Shown here: positions 1 through 13,631 of the stretch, one piece after another
Layout of the letters: each line of letters opens with the position of its first letter
How positions within the stretch are numbered: the first letter of the stretch is position 1
Source: Psilocybe cubensis
Lineage: Eukaryota
DNA: 64,000 nt
Direction: 5' to 3'
Assembly: GCA_017499595.2 (NCBI GenBank)
Contig: CM039001.1
Span: 310,001 to 374,000, forward strand
Made by a program: the position numbers and the translations under genes
Notes under the pieces: model-generated
Database searches by the model: none
Told to the model about the DNA's origin: nothing
What the model saw: the letters and a program-made list of their open reading frames with translations, nothing else

Positions 1-941
1 GCAGAGGCGAGTGGAGGAAAGACGGCGTTGATGAATGGAGGTCCGATGGGCTCAATAGCGACGATGGCTTTGACTAGTGATGGTCTAGCGTCTGCCAAGA
101 TCCATCCAAACTGACCCGACTGGGAGTGAGTGAGAACGATGGCGGGCTAAAGGGAAATAAGTTTAAAAAATCCGGCTAGCACAAAAATCAACACGCACCC
201 CTACTCTGTCAAGCAATGCCGAACCAGCATTTTTCACTTTCGCGGAAGCTTCTGCATCTGACGCCAGTGCAGGCACAATTGACATATAGAAATTGTCAAA
301 CGTTGGGTCGCCTCTGCTCCCGTTTCCCGGCCATTGGGTATGGAGATGCGCTTGTGGCCATAATTGGAACCTCTGTGCGTCAGTAAATCTTTGCTCAACC
401 GTGAGCACATCGAATGTCATCTGCGGTCCATCAATGTTTTGTTGCCAGGGAGATCTTCCGCGTGACGGCTGGTCAACAAGATACAGCTATGCAAAATAAT
501 CAGTGCCCAAACATTCGAATCAACGTATGATTTCGAGCATACCTCGTAACCCTGAGACATAAAATAATCTGCCCAGCCTGTCCGTCCATCTGGGGTATTT
601 AGAAAATTTGTTCCCGTCATTCCTGGAAGCTCATTAACCAAATGGATTTTCAAAGCCATTACACAACACTCACCATTTCCTGGAATTATCACAATCGGTA
701 GCTTTTGGGTGACCACTGAGGGGACCAAATGTTCAACGTACATTTGTCCGCTGGACACCGTGACTTCCGATCCAGCGATAAATGTGCCAGCAGTCTGTTC
801 GTAAGCGCCTCCAACGTAGAAGTACGAGCGTTTATGTAAAACGCCATTCGCAATTGGTGGTGTTTGTCCTTTCAAATCGTTTCCCATGAGGTTGGCCCGA
901 GCCACAAGACCTGCTGTGAATGCTGAGAAAAGACCCTTCAT
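1..941 (-). CDS. Alpha/beta-hydrolase (esterase-like), multi-exon, 3' part outside window
   Basis: Spliced translation gives GQMYVEHL, GTNFLNTPDGRTGWADYF, VDQPSRGRS, the nucleophile elbow LTHSQSG and AIEPIGPPF; GT-AG introns. Confidence 0.85.
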
Positions 942-1575
942 TGTAAATGGTGGTTATGCAATCCGCTGGAGCCTGAGAGGGACAGCAAATTTATCTGTCT
1001 ATAGCCGTGGATAACGACGCTGGGAAATATGCATGTGATGCAGTAAACCGGACAGCCTGAGGGAGAATGAAGGTGCGAATAAGGTTTCTGAAACCAAGCC
1101 CAAAATGAGACTGGAATTTGGGAATGAGAAATCTGATAAATAATGTTAAGTGAGCACATTCCAACTAGTTTCCATTGAAAATGTTCTAAGGCGCAGAAAC
1201 ATGGCAAAAAGTTGGGGTTTAGGTTGGGTTTAGGCAACAAAAAGTTGGACACGGTGTACATAGATATATCACATGATTTAGTCACGAGAGACAACATCTT
1301 GGTCGCGTGACTAGAGAAAAATGCGCGTTCTTGCCCCTCACTGGCGCGTCAGATCGCGTCAGAACTTAACACATTTGGAAGTATACCTTAGACTCGACAA
1401 ATGGCGGACATTGTTAGCTTTGCAGGTACGGCTCAGTAGAAAAGAAATCATATGGATGAAAGAAAATAGTTCATTATGCTGTATCAAATATACAACGTCG
1501 TATACCAAGAAAGTCGAAAAAATTATCACGAGGCGTTACAGTAAGAGGGTATTATGTAGCCTCTCAGTTAAAGGA

Positions 1576-4131
1576 TCATGCCACCGCCTTCTCAGAGTCA
1601 TGGTCAACCTTTAACAAACATTAGCTATGGATCTGGTTGGATAAGGACAATAATGAAGCTTACAGTTTCCTTTTCATTGTGATAGGTGTTTGAGAATGTC
1701 TTGTTTTGGGAGAGAATCTCGTGGCGTTTGGCATTCGATCCAAGGACTGAGCAGGAAAAATTAGAGTAAAGTTAAGAACATGAGCTATATTACTTACTGG
1801 TCGATTCTCTGTAGAGGATATCGATCTGCTCCAAGGATAGGCCTCTCGTCTCAGGGATGAAGAAGTAACTACGGATGCAATCATAATCAGTCCCGTGGAT
1901 TTGGATAGATATATCTATCAGTCATAGCACTTACGTGAAGACGAAGCATCCCACACAGGTTCCACCCCAGATGAAGAACACTTTGACTCCCAGATTTGCT
2001 GCTCTTACACCGTTCACACCGAAGGTAGATGCGTTAACAAGGTAGGGAGTAGCATAGCCGATTCCAAAATTCCACAACCAGTTGCTGGCAACAGCGAGGG
2101 ACATGCTCTTAGCACGAACACCGAGGGGCTGCGAGATAGACAGTAAAATTAGATGTGTGTGATAGAATCTAGCATAGAAGTCACGTACGAAGAGCTCTCC
2201 AGTCAAAACCCAGATAACAGGTCCCCATGAGGTGGCAAAGAAGGCAATGTAGCTGAGTTCAAAGTTAATATTAATCCTTCCATCATCACAAATGATAAAG
2301 TACGCACAAGCAAGTGAATGCAATCAAAACTCGTTGAGCGGCAATGTTGACTTCCGCTGTTTCCCCGTTCACACGACCCGCCGTAACACCCACGATGGCA
2401 ACAATGAATTCGCAGAAGCACATGCCAGCAGCACCGATGAGGAGCAGCCTTCTGCGACCAACACGGTCGATAAGTTGGATACCAAACAGGGTCATGACGG
2501 TATTCACAACGTCACAAACAATCCTGCAGAAAGTCAACCATTGAGATACACATATCATACAGAAATGTGGCATGTACTGACTGGATAACAAAAGCGTTCT
2601 TAATTCCTGCTTGTTGGAAGAAGGTCGTTCCATAGTAGACTGTTACCGAGAAGGGGAATTAGTATACTTCACGTAAAAAACTTTAATTTACTTACAAATG
2701 AAATTGATGCCAGTCAGTTGTTGCCACTACCATCGAGGTTAGTCTTTATTAAATAATGACAGCATCATTAATGGTATCGCACTCACTCCCTGCATCATGA
2801 TACCGGTCCATGTTCTGAGGCCATTCCTATCTTCGTTATTTCTGAAACAAGCGAGGTAACCACCCTGGCTAGCCTCTTTTTCAACGGCCAATGCGGTGGA
2901 GATTTCAATAGCTTCAGCCTCGACCTCTGGTGAGTCGGGGGATGCAGTCATCAATCTTCCAAGGGCAACACGTGCATCAGCTTGGCGATTCTTCAAGAGG
3001 AGATAACGTGGGCTCTCGGGCAACAAAATCTATTTTTAGAACAGAAAGGTTAACGCTGATGGCAACACCCCATTGGACTGGCACATACCATTCCACCAGC
3101 TAGAATGGCAGCCCATGCAAATTGCACGGCAATGGGGATCTGCGGATGTATGTGAGTATACAAATCACATCAATCACAATCCATTGTGACCAAGATAAAG
3201 ATCACATCGTGGATCGATGAGAAATATGTACGTACCCTCCAGGAGGAGTGGTTTGGTCGATCTTTAGTAGCATTCAGTACGACTGCAGCAAGGAGTGCAC
3301 CGATAGTGACTGGAAAATTTTAATTCAGACATCTTATCGTATATCACAACAACGTGAACTTACTGGCCAATTGGTAAAGTCCGACAATTAGACCACGAAT
3401 GGATTTGGGCGCGCACTGTCGGAGAAAGTCAGCATGAGAAACGGATACCGTGGGTGGATCTGTGGATTACCTCTGACTGGTACATGGGAACCAAACAAGA
3501 CACAAGACCCTATGACGATTTTTTAACATCGGCTTTATTCGTCACTTGGTGAACATACCACTCCGAATCCGGCGATAACTCTGCCAACAATGAAAACTGC
3601 CCACGAAGTGTCGAGCTGGAGACCAACACCCAAGCAGAACACCATGCAGGATGCCACAAGACCCCATTTACGACCGAGAGTGTCTCCCACTGGCGATGCC
3701 AAAAGTGCGCCAAAGAATGTTCCAGCAGAAAGAATAGATACCTGTAGTATGCAGCGTCAAAGATAGTATCAATGGCCCACAGACCAGGCTAACGTACAAC
3801 CAGGGATTTGTCATTTGTGGGGATGTACCAATTCAGTGTTGGATCGAATTTTCCGAAGAGGTGAAGCCAGTCGTCCATCGCAATGACTCCTCCAATGGTT
3901 CCCGTGTCATACCTGAATGATGAACGATGAGCAATTGAACTCTTAATGGCACTAAATCTCGCTCGCACCCGAATAAAATTCCTCCAAAACCTGTCGGCGT
4001 AGTCTGTGTTAGAGCCTTTGACCAACTGAACTGTGAATAAAAAGCATACCTGCGAATGCCGACATGATGATAGCCCACAAAAGGGACGTCGAGGACACGC
4101 CTCCTCCGGTACCACCTGCACCTCCAGCCAT
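1576..4131 (-). CDS. MFS sugar porter (monosaccharide/glucose transporter), ~16 introns
   Basis: FGGILFGYDTGTIGG, VPMYQSECAPKSIRG, LPESPRYL, WQQLTGINFI, SWGPVIWVLTGE, SNWLWNFGIG, IPETRGLSLEQID; ATG 4131, stop 1576. Confidence 0.95.
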
Positions 4132-6646
4132 AGTTACTTAGTATTGACGAGTTTGAAGGTGATGAGATATGGGTAGGCGCTAAACGCGAGCAAGGGGGAA
4201 CAATGGTAGGAACCAACCAAAGAACCACAACAATTCGAAGCACCCTTTTTAAAGTCCCGATGGAATGCAAGTCCATTTGGGCGATAAAAATAGATTGTTT
4301 GGACAGTTGGCCTCGGTTAGCATATGTAACCCACGCGGTTCTCGAAACACATTGCGGGGCTGGGAAAGCATACGTGAATAGAATTCATCTGGATCTGGCA
4401 CGGAGGCGAAAGTACCGGCATCCACCAGGATCATCTATTTGCATGACCATAGACATCAGAAATATGCAAGACGCCGTTAAAAGTGTTACTGAAGTGACAC
4501 TAGGCTATGGGAGGCTTTTGGCCCTCCGGCAAAAATTTACCACATTCCGACCTTTTCTTTGAATATCATCTGGGTCGTCATCCGCTTTAGTCGCAAATTT
4601 GGCAGCCTATACAGAAAGCTACTGTACTCTGCTGTAAGCCTGTAAGTCCTTAACGCCCGAGTGTAGTGCAAGTGAGGGATGCGCATCATTCCGGTGGTGA
4701 TAGGGTTGAATTTCTCTAAACTAGCATGTTGATGAGCACAGGACATACCTATAACCTTTCCCAAGCTAGGAATGTTCCACCAAGATTGAAACATTGCAGG
4801 ATGGAGCCGACATCGGGTTTGAGTTCCGGTTGTCAACGAAAGGGTGGGGATTGCTTGACTGTTCTGTATGTATGCAATGTATACGGAGTCGTTCAGACAC
4901 TGAGAAATACATGGTGAACCACATCCGTTACTGCGCAGTTTGCCGTCTGGTCCCTGTCATCCATATGCTTCAGCGATGGTATGTCCCCATCGATGCACCT
5001 CCCACGGGGTAGTGGAATTATTTTTACCACATTTCTCCATATCGTATCCATCAAACATGGGGTGGAGCAATGTTGCAATCCAAATATGTTGGCGTGAAGA
5101 CGATTTTTGTCTTTGAAAGACTGATATAGAATTTAGCTTGACTCGGTGTTGAGAGTCAATTAATCGATATATACGATAGCATGGGTTAAAGTAGTGATTG
5201 TGCACATTAGAAAACATTGGACAAAATACAAGCCTCCAGTTAATGAATCAATGTAACTCGAATTCCCGGGTATAACGCAACATTGCTTGCGTTCAGATAA
5301 TGAAAATAGTACAGAATTAAAATATTTCGATGCTTCTTCAGATTCCCCTGGTTTTACTAATCAGTGCTGTGCAATTTCTGGTGCTTCTCCCAATCAACGT
5401 AGCTTGTTTTGGTGTTTCTGGTGCTCGAGACTCGAATAATCCACTAGGAACCACGTTTCGACGGAAAAACCTCTCCTACATACCTCGGATCGTATCCCGA
5501 CAATGAACGGCGGGTGCGGATCTTAACACATCGCCTCCGAAGACTGACAAAAACCGCCCGATGTCTGATGTCAAAGTTTTTTTCAGAATGTTAAGGGCTA
5601 CAAATAATACGTCGAGCCCACCCGATTGCGTCGACTGGGTGTTTTTGATTGCCAATGATTGGTCCAACATTGCCTTCAATTGCAAACAGAGATAGTCACG
5701 CTGTTCTATAACTGAAAGTGAACGATTATAGTAAATACCTTTATAATTTTATAACTTGATGGAGTGCATCGAGGTTCATGTACAAGAAAAGGCAACCCAG
5801 ACCATCTACGTTAGCGGGTCGCGACAGAGTCGCAGACCGCTTCTACGTTGAGAACAGTGGTTCCAGGCTAAGATTCTTCTTGGCCGTGGCCAGCCGTGGC
5901 GTCGCCGGTCTATTTTTAGAGCATATGTGTGTTCACGAGACTTGGCAAGCACATTGCCTAGAGAGGTAATGGATCATTGAGCAGACATTTCACCCATGTA
6001 GGTATGATTAAATCCAGCTAAGTACTATATGTGATACTTAACTGGTTGCTAGATACGGTGAATGTTCCATGAACCCCGAAACTCAAAGCATTTTGAATGG
6101 CAGCCGGACCATTTCCACACATTTTTTTTTTGCTTGGATGACCTGTACTTCCTCAATCTAAGCCTCTAAATCGAAGGTGGCGATCATTATTTTGCAATGA
6201 TAGAAATTCAAGAGTGTTAGAGTACCTAGAACTTTCTGGTCAATATTTTCAAACTACCCCCTTCGCAATCCCGCTGTCGACGTTCGCCAGAAGCAAATAT
6301 GGATTCAATTCATTGACTTCGCAAAGAATAAAACCTTGATTTTGGGAGCGTTCAGAAATTTTGCATTATCACGTAAGTTCTGGGAGTACTGTAAATGCGA
6401 CGACCTGAGGATCATTTTATATCACCTTGAAATGGACCCGGTTAAACTGTCAGTTGCGGCTCATACCGCTCGTCCCTGAATAGCAGCAGTCTGCAAGTGA
6501 AGCCAAAAGACCGGCCAATGTTCTCCATGGAATAACTTAGCTATAAACGTCATCCCAGTACAGACATATGTAAACCAAATAGCATTATAACAGCAAATCC
6601 CAACGTTGCAGAATAAATAGGACACGTACAACTGTCAGCAGCCCTG

Positions 6647-8937
6647 TCAGCAGTGCGAGTTACGTTTACGCAACAATATCTTCGCGGACATGTTTGGAAT
6701 GCAATGGGCTTCCACGATCATTTTTCGTGGGTATTCATCGTGCTCAAGCTTGATGTCGTAGTTTGTTACGATATGCGCCAGCATTGTCTTGAGTTCTGTG
6801 ACCGCGAAGAAGCGACCAGGGCTAATTTTTGCTTTGTATCAGCATCAAGAAGTAAACTTATGATTTGACAACGTACCAAGTCGAGCGACCGTGACCGAAC
6901 CCATGATACTCCAGAGTTGGAGTAGCCACTAACGGTTGTGTCGCGCCCGATCCGGGTTTAGGGACAAATCGAAAGCCTTCAAACATGTGTGCGTCGGAAT
7001 ATAAGCTTTCGTCTCTGTGCCTTGCGTACACATTCACAGAGATACCGGCCACCTGTCTGGGCATGACAGTCCCATCGGAGAACGTAAAGTCTTGGACCAC
7101 TGCACGACCCATATTCACTGTGGTTAAAGTTTAATAGCCAGATAAAAATGGATGAAACGAGGCATCGTGAATATCAAAGCGCAAAACCTACACAGAGACA
7201 TGAAATGCAATCGTTGTGACTCGCGTAAGTAGCTGTCCATCTTGTACATCTTCCCGATTGAGGCTTTTGACCATCCTTCTGTTTTGACGACGTGCTGTAC
7301 TTCTCGTCGGATCTCGCCTGCATCCTGTGGATTTTGGCAGAGCTGAAATAACGCAGCGGTAAACGTCTGAGGATAATATAATTAGAAAGATTTTGTAATA
7401 CATACAAAGCAAAAAAGCATACCGCAGAAGACGTATGGATCGCGCCGAAGCTGATGAAAAGCAATCTAGTGCTTAGATCCTCCACTGTAACTTCCTCTCC
7501 AGAAGCAAGAGCCGCGTCTATGAGCCACGAGATGAGATCATTCTTGAAATTCCAGGAACATCAGAGCCAGTTCTAAAATTATCGACAATATGTACGTCAA
7601 AAATGTAAATGAAATGGACTGACAGGTTTGTCCGGCCAATCAATACCGTGAAGCTTTTGTTGCTCCAGCCTGAATTCCACAACCGGGCGAATGTAGCTCT
7701 CCATCTTTCTGCGCAGTCCGTGTATACCGGTCACAAGTCGTGCACCAAGTCTGGATAGATAGATTTACAGGCCGGTAAATCAGAAAAGATGCAGGTGTCA
7801 ACGAGAATCCGGGATTCAACGTACGGTCGTAGGAGAGGAGGGAAAAGTCGAATGAATCTCCCTTTGTAGATCTCCTTGGTTGCACTTTCGCACAGACTAC
7901 GAAATTCGGGGTCGTCGGCTAGAAAACGCAAGATTTGTCAACAGTTTCGACCATGAGTTAAGAATACAGTGGCGTACATAAAGGCTTTCCAAATAGGTAG
8001 CGACAGGACACCCTTGTTATCACCTCAACTTGAAGTTTGTACGCCACCACCGAAGACCATCCTAAACAGAAGACAATCAAGATTTGAGATCAGTTTGATG
8101 AGGGCTAGAAAAAATCCACCTTTCTCGTCAGTGGGAAGTGGTATACTGGCTGCGTATGCGCGTTGGACTTCGTCGTGAATTTCATGAAATCGCGCAGCGA
8201 TGTTTCTCGTCAAAGCGGACCGAACGACATCGATATGAAAGGGGTTGTCCAAAAAGCGTACACCCAAAGTGTATCTAAATCCGAGATACTATCGGAAAAA
8301 GGAAATTCAGTCTCAACTTTTGCAACGACATTTTTTCCAGCCTGGGTGGAGATTGGGCGGCGGTGGAGGAGCATGGAAAGGAAAAGGAGGCTGAAGCGGA
8401 ATAAATTGCCACTTACACTAGCAACGGAAGACATAGAGTGAAGCTGCTCTCCCGTTGAACGGCGTATATCGTCAATGAGTTGTGTCCCGTTCACAACTAC
8501 AGACCAACCGTCGAAGGTCGAGAATTTGAAGATGCCATTCGGATACTGTTGAGCCATTTGTAAGTCATTTATGTTTACGTGGAACAGAAAAGAGCTGTTT
8601 GTCAAACATCTGCCCCTTGGAGCAAGTTGAGGTGATAAACAACAGTAGAAACGATGGCGTACCAGCTTATACCCCTCCAAAAGTAAGTCGGGTGCATCAT
8701 AGATATATTTTATCGATGTCAAAAACGACAAAAACGGGTTTGAGTAACCGACTGTTGGTATATGGTCTAGCTGGATCACAGAAACAGAAACAGAAATGGG
8801 TAAGCTTGAAGGATGCGGAACATTATGTGACATGTAATAGAGCAGAGAGCAGCACTTACATCGTCTTTCGACAAGAAAATCTTGTACAGTGCCACCAGTA
8901 CTGCAATACAAAGAGGTGCTAGGATAAGGTCGGACAT
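6647..8937 (-). CDS. Cytochrome P450 (CYP512-like)
   Basis: N-terminal membrane anchor MSDLILAPLCIAVLVALY; I-helix FGAIHTSS; ExxR (MDSYLRESQR); FEGFRF; heme motif FGHGRSTC|PGRFFA across an intron. Family assignment from motif resemblance. Confidence 0.92.
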
Positions 8938-9490
8938 AATGTACAGGAAGAGCCTCAAGAGACGCGAATAACTTCAATTGATCTATATAAACTAGCTGGA
9001 ACTCAGCTGAATACATGTGAGAGAGCCGTGATATCAATTGACTAGACCCTTACGTGGTTAGTTAATGACCTCGCTCTTAAGTAGTCCTAGCGCAATCAAA
9101 AAAGCTGAGACCGCCCAAATCCGGCTGATGTTCGATACAAACCGTCGGCGATGATGTGGCAACGCGTCGCGTTATAGAAAAAAATCTCCAATGAAAAGGG
9201 TATTGAAGAACCTTTCATTTCAAAAGGGCGAGACATGGATTAATAAATTGCCAAGGAAGCCGCATCTGTCGACTCCAAAAACAAAACTGGGGGACATCGA
9301 TGTTGACGTTGTTCCCTTGGCCGAGTTGTGACATGGATTCACTTCGTAGGAATCACCGCAAAAAGGTGTAGTCGAAATGAAACTTTTTTTTCACATCATG
9401 ACAGCATGTATTTCGAACCCTTTGATGATTGATCCAAGAGACCCCACTGCTCACTCGCACCCTCATATCGCCCTGAAGTCCCTTTCCCAT

Positions 9491-11163
9491 TTACGCCACA
9501 TCCCTATCCACAGGAAGGCGTGAGCGTCGTGCTAGCGCGACGACCTTCGACAGCTGTCTTTCCAGTAACGCCGCTGTCTCCATCCCTTTTAGGATAATGT
9601 CATACGTTTCCGCGTCGACATCCTCCGATAAACCATCATCTTCCAACTGGAGCGACTCGATAAAGTGCTTTAATTCGTGCATCTTCGGTGTGGATTCCTG
9701 CACAGCGCGTGCGATATCTTTCATGACTGCAGGTCGGTTTCCGGTATCCATATTCCGCTGCGTTGTGCCAACTGGTGGTATTGACAGGTGATGAGAAGGC
9801 TCTGGATATGCACGCGGTGTCTGCGGACGCGTTCCGGTAATATTTGGCATTCCTGCAGTATGGCTGCTTTCATTTGGTAGTAGCCCTGGACCTGTAGGGG
9901 AAAATTGGCCATCTTCAGAATCAAAACTGTTCGGCCAATGGTTGTAACCAGATTCAGTTGCATTCAGTGCATCTTGCAGGGAGCTTGAGGAAGGTTGAGG
10001 GAGGGTGGTGCTTATTTGCAATAACTGCTGTGAGTGTAGAACTTGCTGCCCATCTGAAGTTGACGAATTCGCTACTTGAGCATTGTAACTCGAGGGGTAC
10101 GCTGATCTCGAATGAAAGGTATGTAAAGTTTGTGAGGTTGAGGAGAGGGGGTTCCCAGAAGGTATTCCCGGCTCGTTTCGCGTGTATGATTGCGGCGGAG
10201 AACTGGTGGAGGCAGCGGCGTCAGAAGGGGCAACAGCTGTAGGTAATGACGAAGCTTCTGTCGCCCTTGCTCGAGAGCGCCTAGGGGCACGAACGCGAGG
10301 AGTACTTGATTGTTGATTGGCGTCAACCGCATTGGAACCTTGACTCTGCCCCTGAGCCCCGCTAGGTATGATGGTAGCATTTGACGATTGTACGAGATTT
10401 GAGGTAATCGTGTTGGATGGTACTGATGTTGACGTAGATGTCGACGCATTTTCCGACACTGCTGGCCGCTGCAGTCGCTTTGAAAGAATATGAGAGGGTC
10501 CACGAGCAGCATGTGCTACGGGATCTACCCTCCTCATCTCAGCGCGGATATAATCCCTGTAAAATACATTGAAACATAAGTGGGGGAATCCTATCGACAG
10601 AGGATCTGAGAACGCACCGAGTCAAATGCAACCCTGTATCCTCAAACACACGCTGCTTTACAAGTCTAGCACCTAATTTTCCGGTGGGGTCTTTCGCCAT
10701 CTGAGCAGCGACGAGCTGGCGCTTCACAGCTTCACTGAGTTCCTTCGTCGTATGCTTGCTTGCCCATAGCCCAAGCATCTTCTTCCGACGATAGACACTC
10801 CTCTCCCTATATAAATGGGCGCACAATTCAGCAAGGCGTCGGGCGCATCTTAAGGATAAAACACACCCTAGGGTGACTCCATGTTCCTCCAAAAGAAGGT
10901 TGCTGATGAGTCTGTTATCTGTTATCCCTTTGAGATGATAAGCATTCAGCAACTCTGCAACGTGTGGGTCATCCAGCAGAGCTATGGAACGGACAATACG
11001 GTCCAGTCAAACCATCAGCAAATCAAGAAAGCACAGTTCGAGCTCACTGACGCCGATCCTTGTACTGGTTTTTGCCTGATATGTTATGCGGTGGGCGTTT
11101 TGGTTTAGGTGCAGCGGGGGCAGAGGGTTGTTTGGACGAAGATGCCACCGCGTTTGTCGTCAT
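9491..11163 (-). CDS. Protein with a Clr5/HTH-like transposase-type N-terminus and a long Ser/Pro/Gln-rich tail, no DDE core
   Basis: 4 exons: ...NISGKNQYKDR|..LLNAYHLKGITDNRLISNLLLEEHGVTLG|ERSVYRRKKMLGL...DPTGKLGARLVKQRVFEDTGLHLTR|DYIRAEMRRVDP, followed by ~340 aa of low-complexity sequence. Confidence 0.6.
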
Positions 11164-11594
11164 AATTGTTGCAGGTCAAATTTCCAATCAGCTCAGCAAA
11201 GAGAAAATAGAAGATTCAGCAAAGATTACGGATTGGATGAAAGCAATTCAACAAAGGGACAAGATGGTTGTAGTTTGAGTAGTTTATCCATTTGCCGAGT
11301 CGAAAAAAGCGTACACAATTACAATATATCACGTGAACATAGGGGGGACAGGAGAAAATAATGCAGCAGTCAAGAAATGTGACGGGATGAAAAAGCAGAT
11401 ATGTGTATGGAATGAAAACGCAGTTATTTTGATGACTGGTGACAATATTTTGGGCAAGTCCACAGAAAATACACGATGTAGTGATGACGAGAATTAAAGA
11501 ATAATGCTACAGGTTGAGATGGAGTAGAAATCAGTGAAAGAACTCATGACTTAGATCATTATGTTCATAAATAATCAGGACGTTTCCGTTGGTT

Positions 11595-13631
11595 TCAATT
11601 AGTGCTTGATTTTTCCGAGTCTGCAAGTTTCTCGTGTTCGACGTGCTGGATGTCCTGCTAAACGAGAAAAAACAATTGTCAGGCCCTGAAGAATATGGAC
11701 AATAAAATTGTGGACGTACAACTTCTTTCTGCTGTAATCCAAAAGAGTGGTCAAGGTTATTGTCAGAATCGATGATCTTCTGGCGGTAGGAAGTGGAGTT
11801 GACGATGGATGACTCCTTGTACAGCCTGTCAATCTGTTCAAGCGAAAGACCACGGGTTTCGGGGATGAAGAAGTATGTGAAGATGAACGAGCCAGCGCAT
11901 GTTCCACCCCAGATGAAGAAGACCTTGACACCGAGATTGGCGGCCTTCTCACCGTTGATACCATATGTGGTGGGGTTGACAAGGTAAGGAGTGGCATATC
12001 CGATGGCGAAGTTCCAAAGCCAGTTAGAGGCGACGGAGAGCGACATGGCTTTGGCACGAATAGCCAGAGGAGATACCTCTGAGGTGACGACCCATCCGAC
12101 GGGACCCCATGAAATAGCAAAGAATGCGATATAACTGAAGAAAGGAGAATTAATATGTCTAACGATGGAGTCATGTTGATAAATGACATACATGCAAACA
12201 AAGGCGATGAGAACACGCTGAGCGGCCAAATTGACAGATCCATCGGGCTGGACGTCTCCAGCAGTGACACCGACAATAGCGACAATGAACTCGCAGAAAC
12301 ACATTCCAGCGGCACCAATGAGAAGCAATTTTCTTCGTCCAAGGCGATCAATGAAGGGGAGGCCAATCAATGTCATGGCAGTGTTAACTACATCGGCAAT
12401 GATACTAAATCATGATCAGAATTTAAAATCAAAAGTAACAACAACATTCCACATACGTGATGATGAAAGGGTTTTTGATACCGGCTTGCATGAAGAAAGT
12501 AGTTCCGTAATAGAAGATGAAGTTGATACCGGTAAGTTGCTGCCATGCCTGGAGCCAGATACCGGTCCATGTGCGAAGTCCGTAGTGCGCTTCGTTGTTC
12601 TTGAAGCAATCCAAGTAGCTCGCAGCGGTCTCAGACTGCTCAAGAGTAAGAGCGGCTGTAATAGCAAGGCATTCCTCCTCGACGTCAGGGGAATCAGCGG
12701 GTGCACTCATCAAGCGTCCAAGAGCCTTGCGAGCAGCCGCTTGCTTGCCTTTGAGCAGGAGGAAACGAGGAGACTCGGGAAGGAAAATCATCCCACCACC
12801 GAGGATGGCACCCCAGGCAAATTGGACTCCAATAGGAGTTCTCCAAGAGCTATGGCTTTGTTCATCCTTGGTCGCGTTCAAAACAATGGCAGCAAGAAGA
12901 GCACCGATGGTGACTAAGAAGAATGTTGAAAATTTTCGCTGGCCCAAAAAATGTAACTGACTTACTGGCAAGTTGGTAAGCACCGACAATAAGACCACGG
13001 ATGCTTTTTGGGGCACATTCAGATTGGTACATAGGAACCAAACACGACACGATGCCGACACCGAAACCAGCGACGACCCGCCCAATGACGAAAGCGACCC
13101 AAGCGGTGTCAAGTTGCAGACCAGTACCGACGAAGAACACCAAGCATCCGACCATTATGCCGAGTTTTCGCCCAAGCCTATCACCGAGAGGATAAGCAAG
13201 AAGAGCTCCAAAGAAGGTACCAGCAGAAAGAATCGACACCTGGAGCAACCCAAGTAAGAACCCATAATAATTCCACCACAAAACTGATACATACAACGAG
13301 GGACTTGTCCTTAGTGGGCAGATAGAATCCCAATGATTCGTCAAATTTTCCGAAAGTGTGCAACCAATCATCCATGGCGATGATACCAGAGATTGTTCCT
13401 GTATCATAACTGTCGAGAGTGGTGAGGATGCGATGGCTGACATCTTTTTAGTAAACGATGACATACCCAAACAGGATACCACCAAATGCTTTGCAGAGAC
13501 AAAAAACATGTCAGCGTCTTCGAGTACGCAAACAAAAGATTGGACGTACCAGCAAAGAGGGACATCACAACCGACCAGAACACCGAGTTGGACTGAATGC
13601 CTCCACCATCTCCTCCAGGTCCTCCAGCCAT
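11595..13631 (-). CDS. MFS sugar porter, paralog of 1576-4131, ~7 introns
   Basis: Same motifs (YDTGTISG, VPMYQSECAPKSIRG, PESPRFL, WQQLTGINFIFYYG, PETRGLSLEQID); shares the distinctive AANLGVKVFFIWGGTC segment. Confidence 0.95.

Noticed and set aside
12231..12917. Long antisense ORFs over the transporter (likewise 31702-32427 over RepHel and 39461-40100 over the oxidase)
   Set aside because: Explained by codon bias of the recognised genes on the opposite strand; no motifs.
1..13631. Hydrolase + P450 + transporters as a secondary-metabolite cluster
   Set aside because: No backbone enzyme (terpene synthase, PKS, NRPS) in the window, and the transporters are sugar porters.
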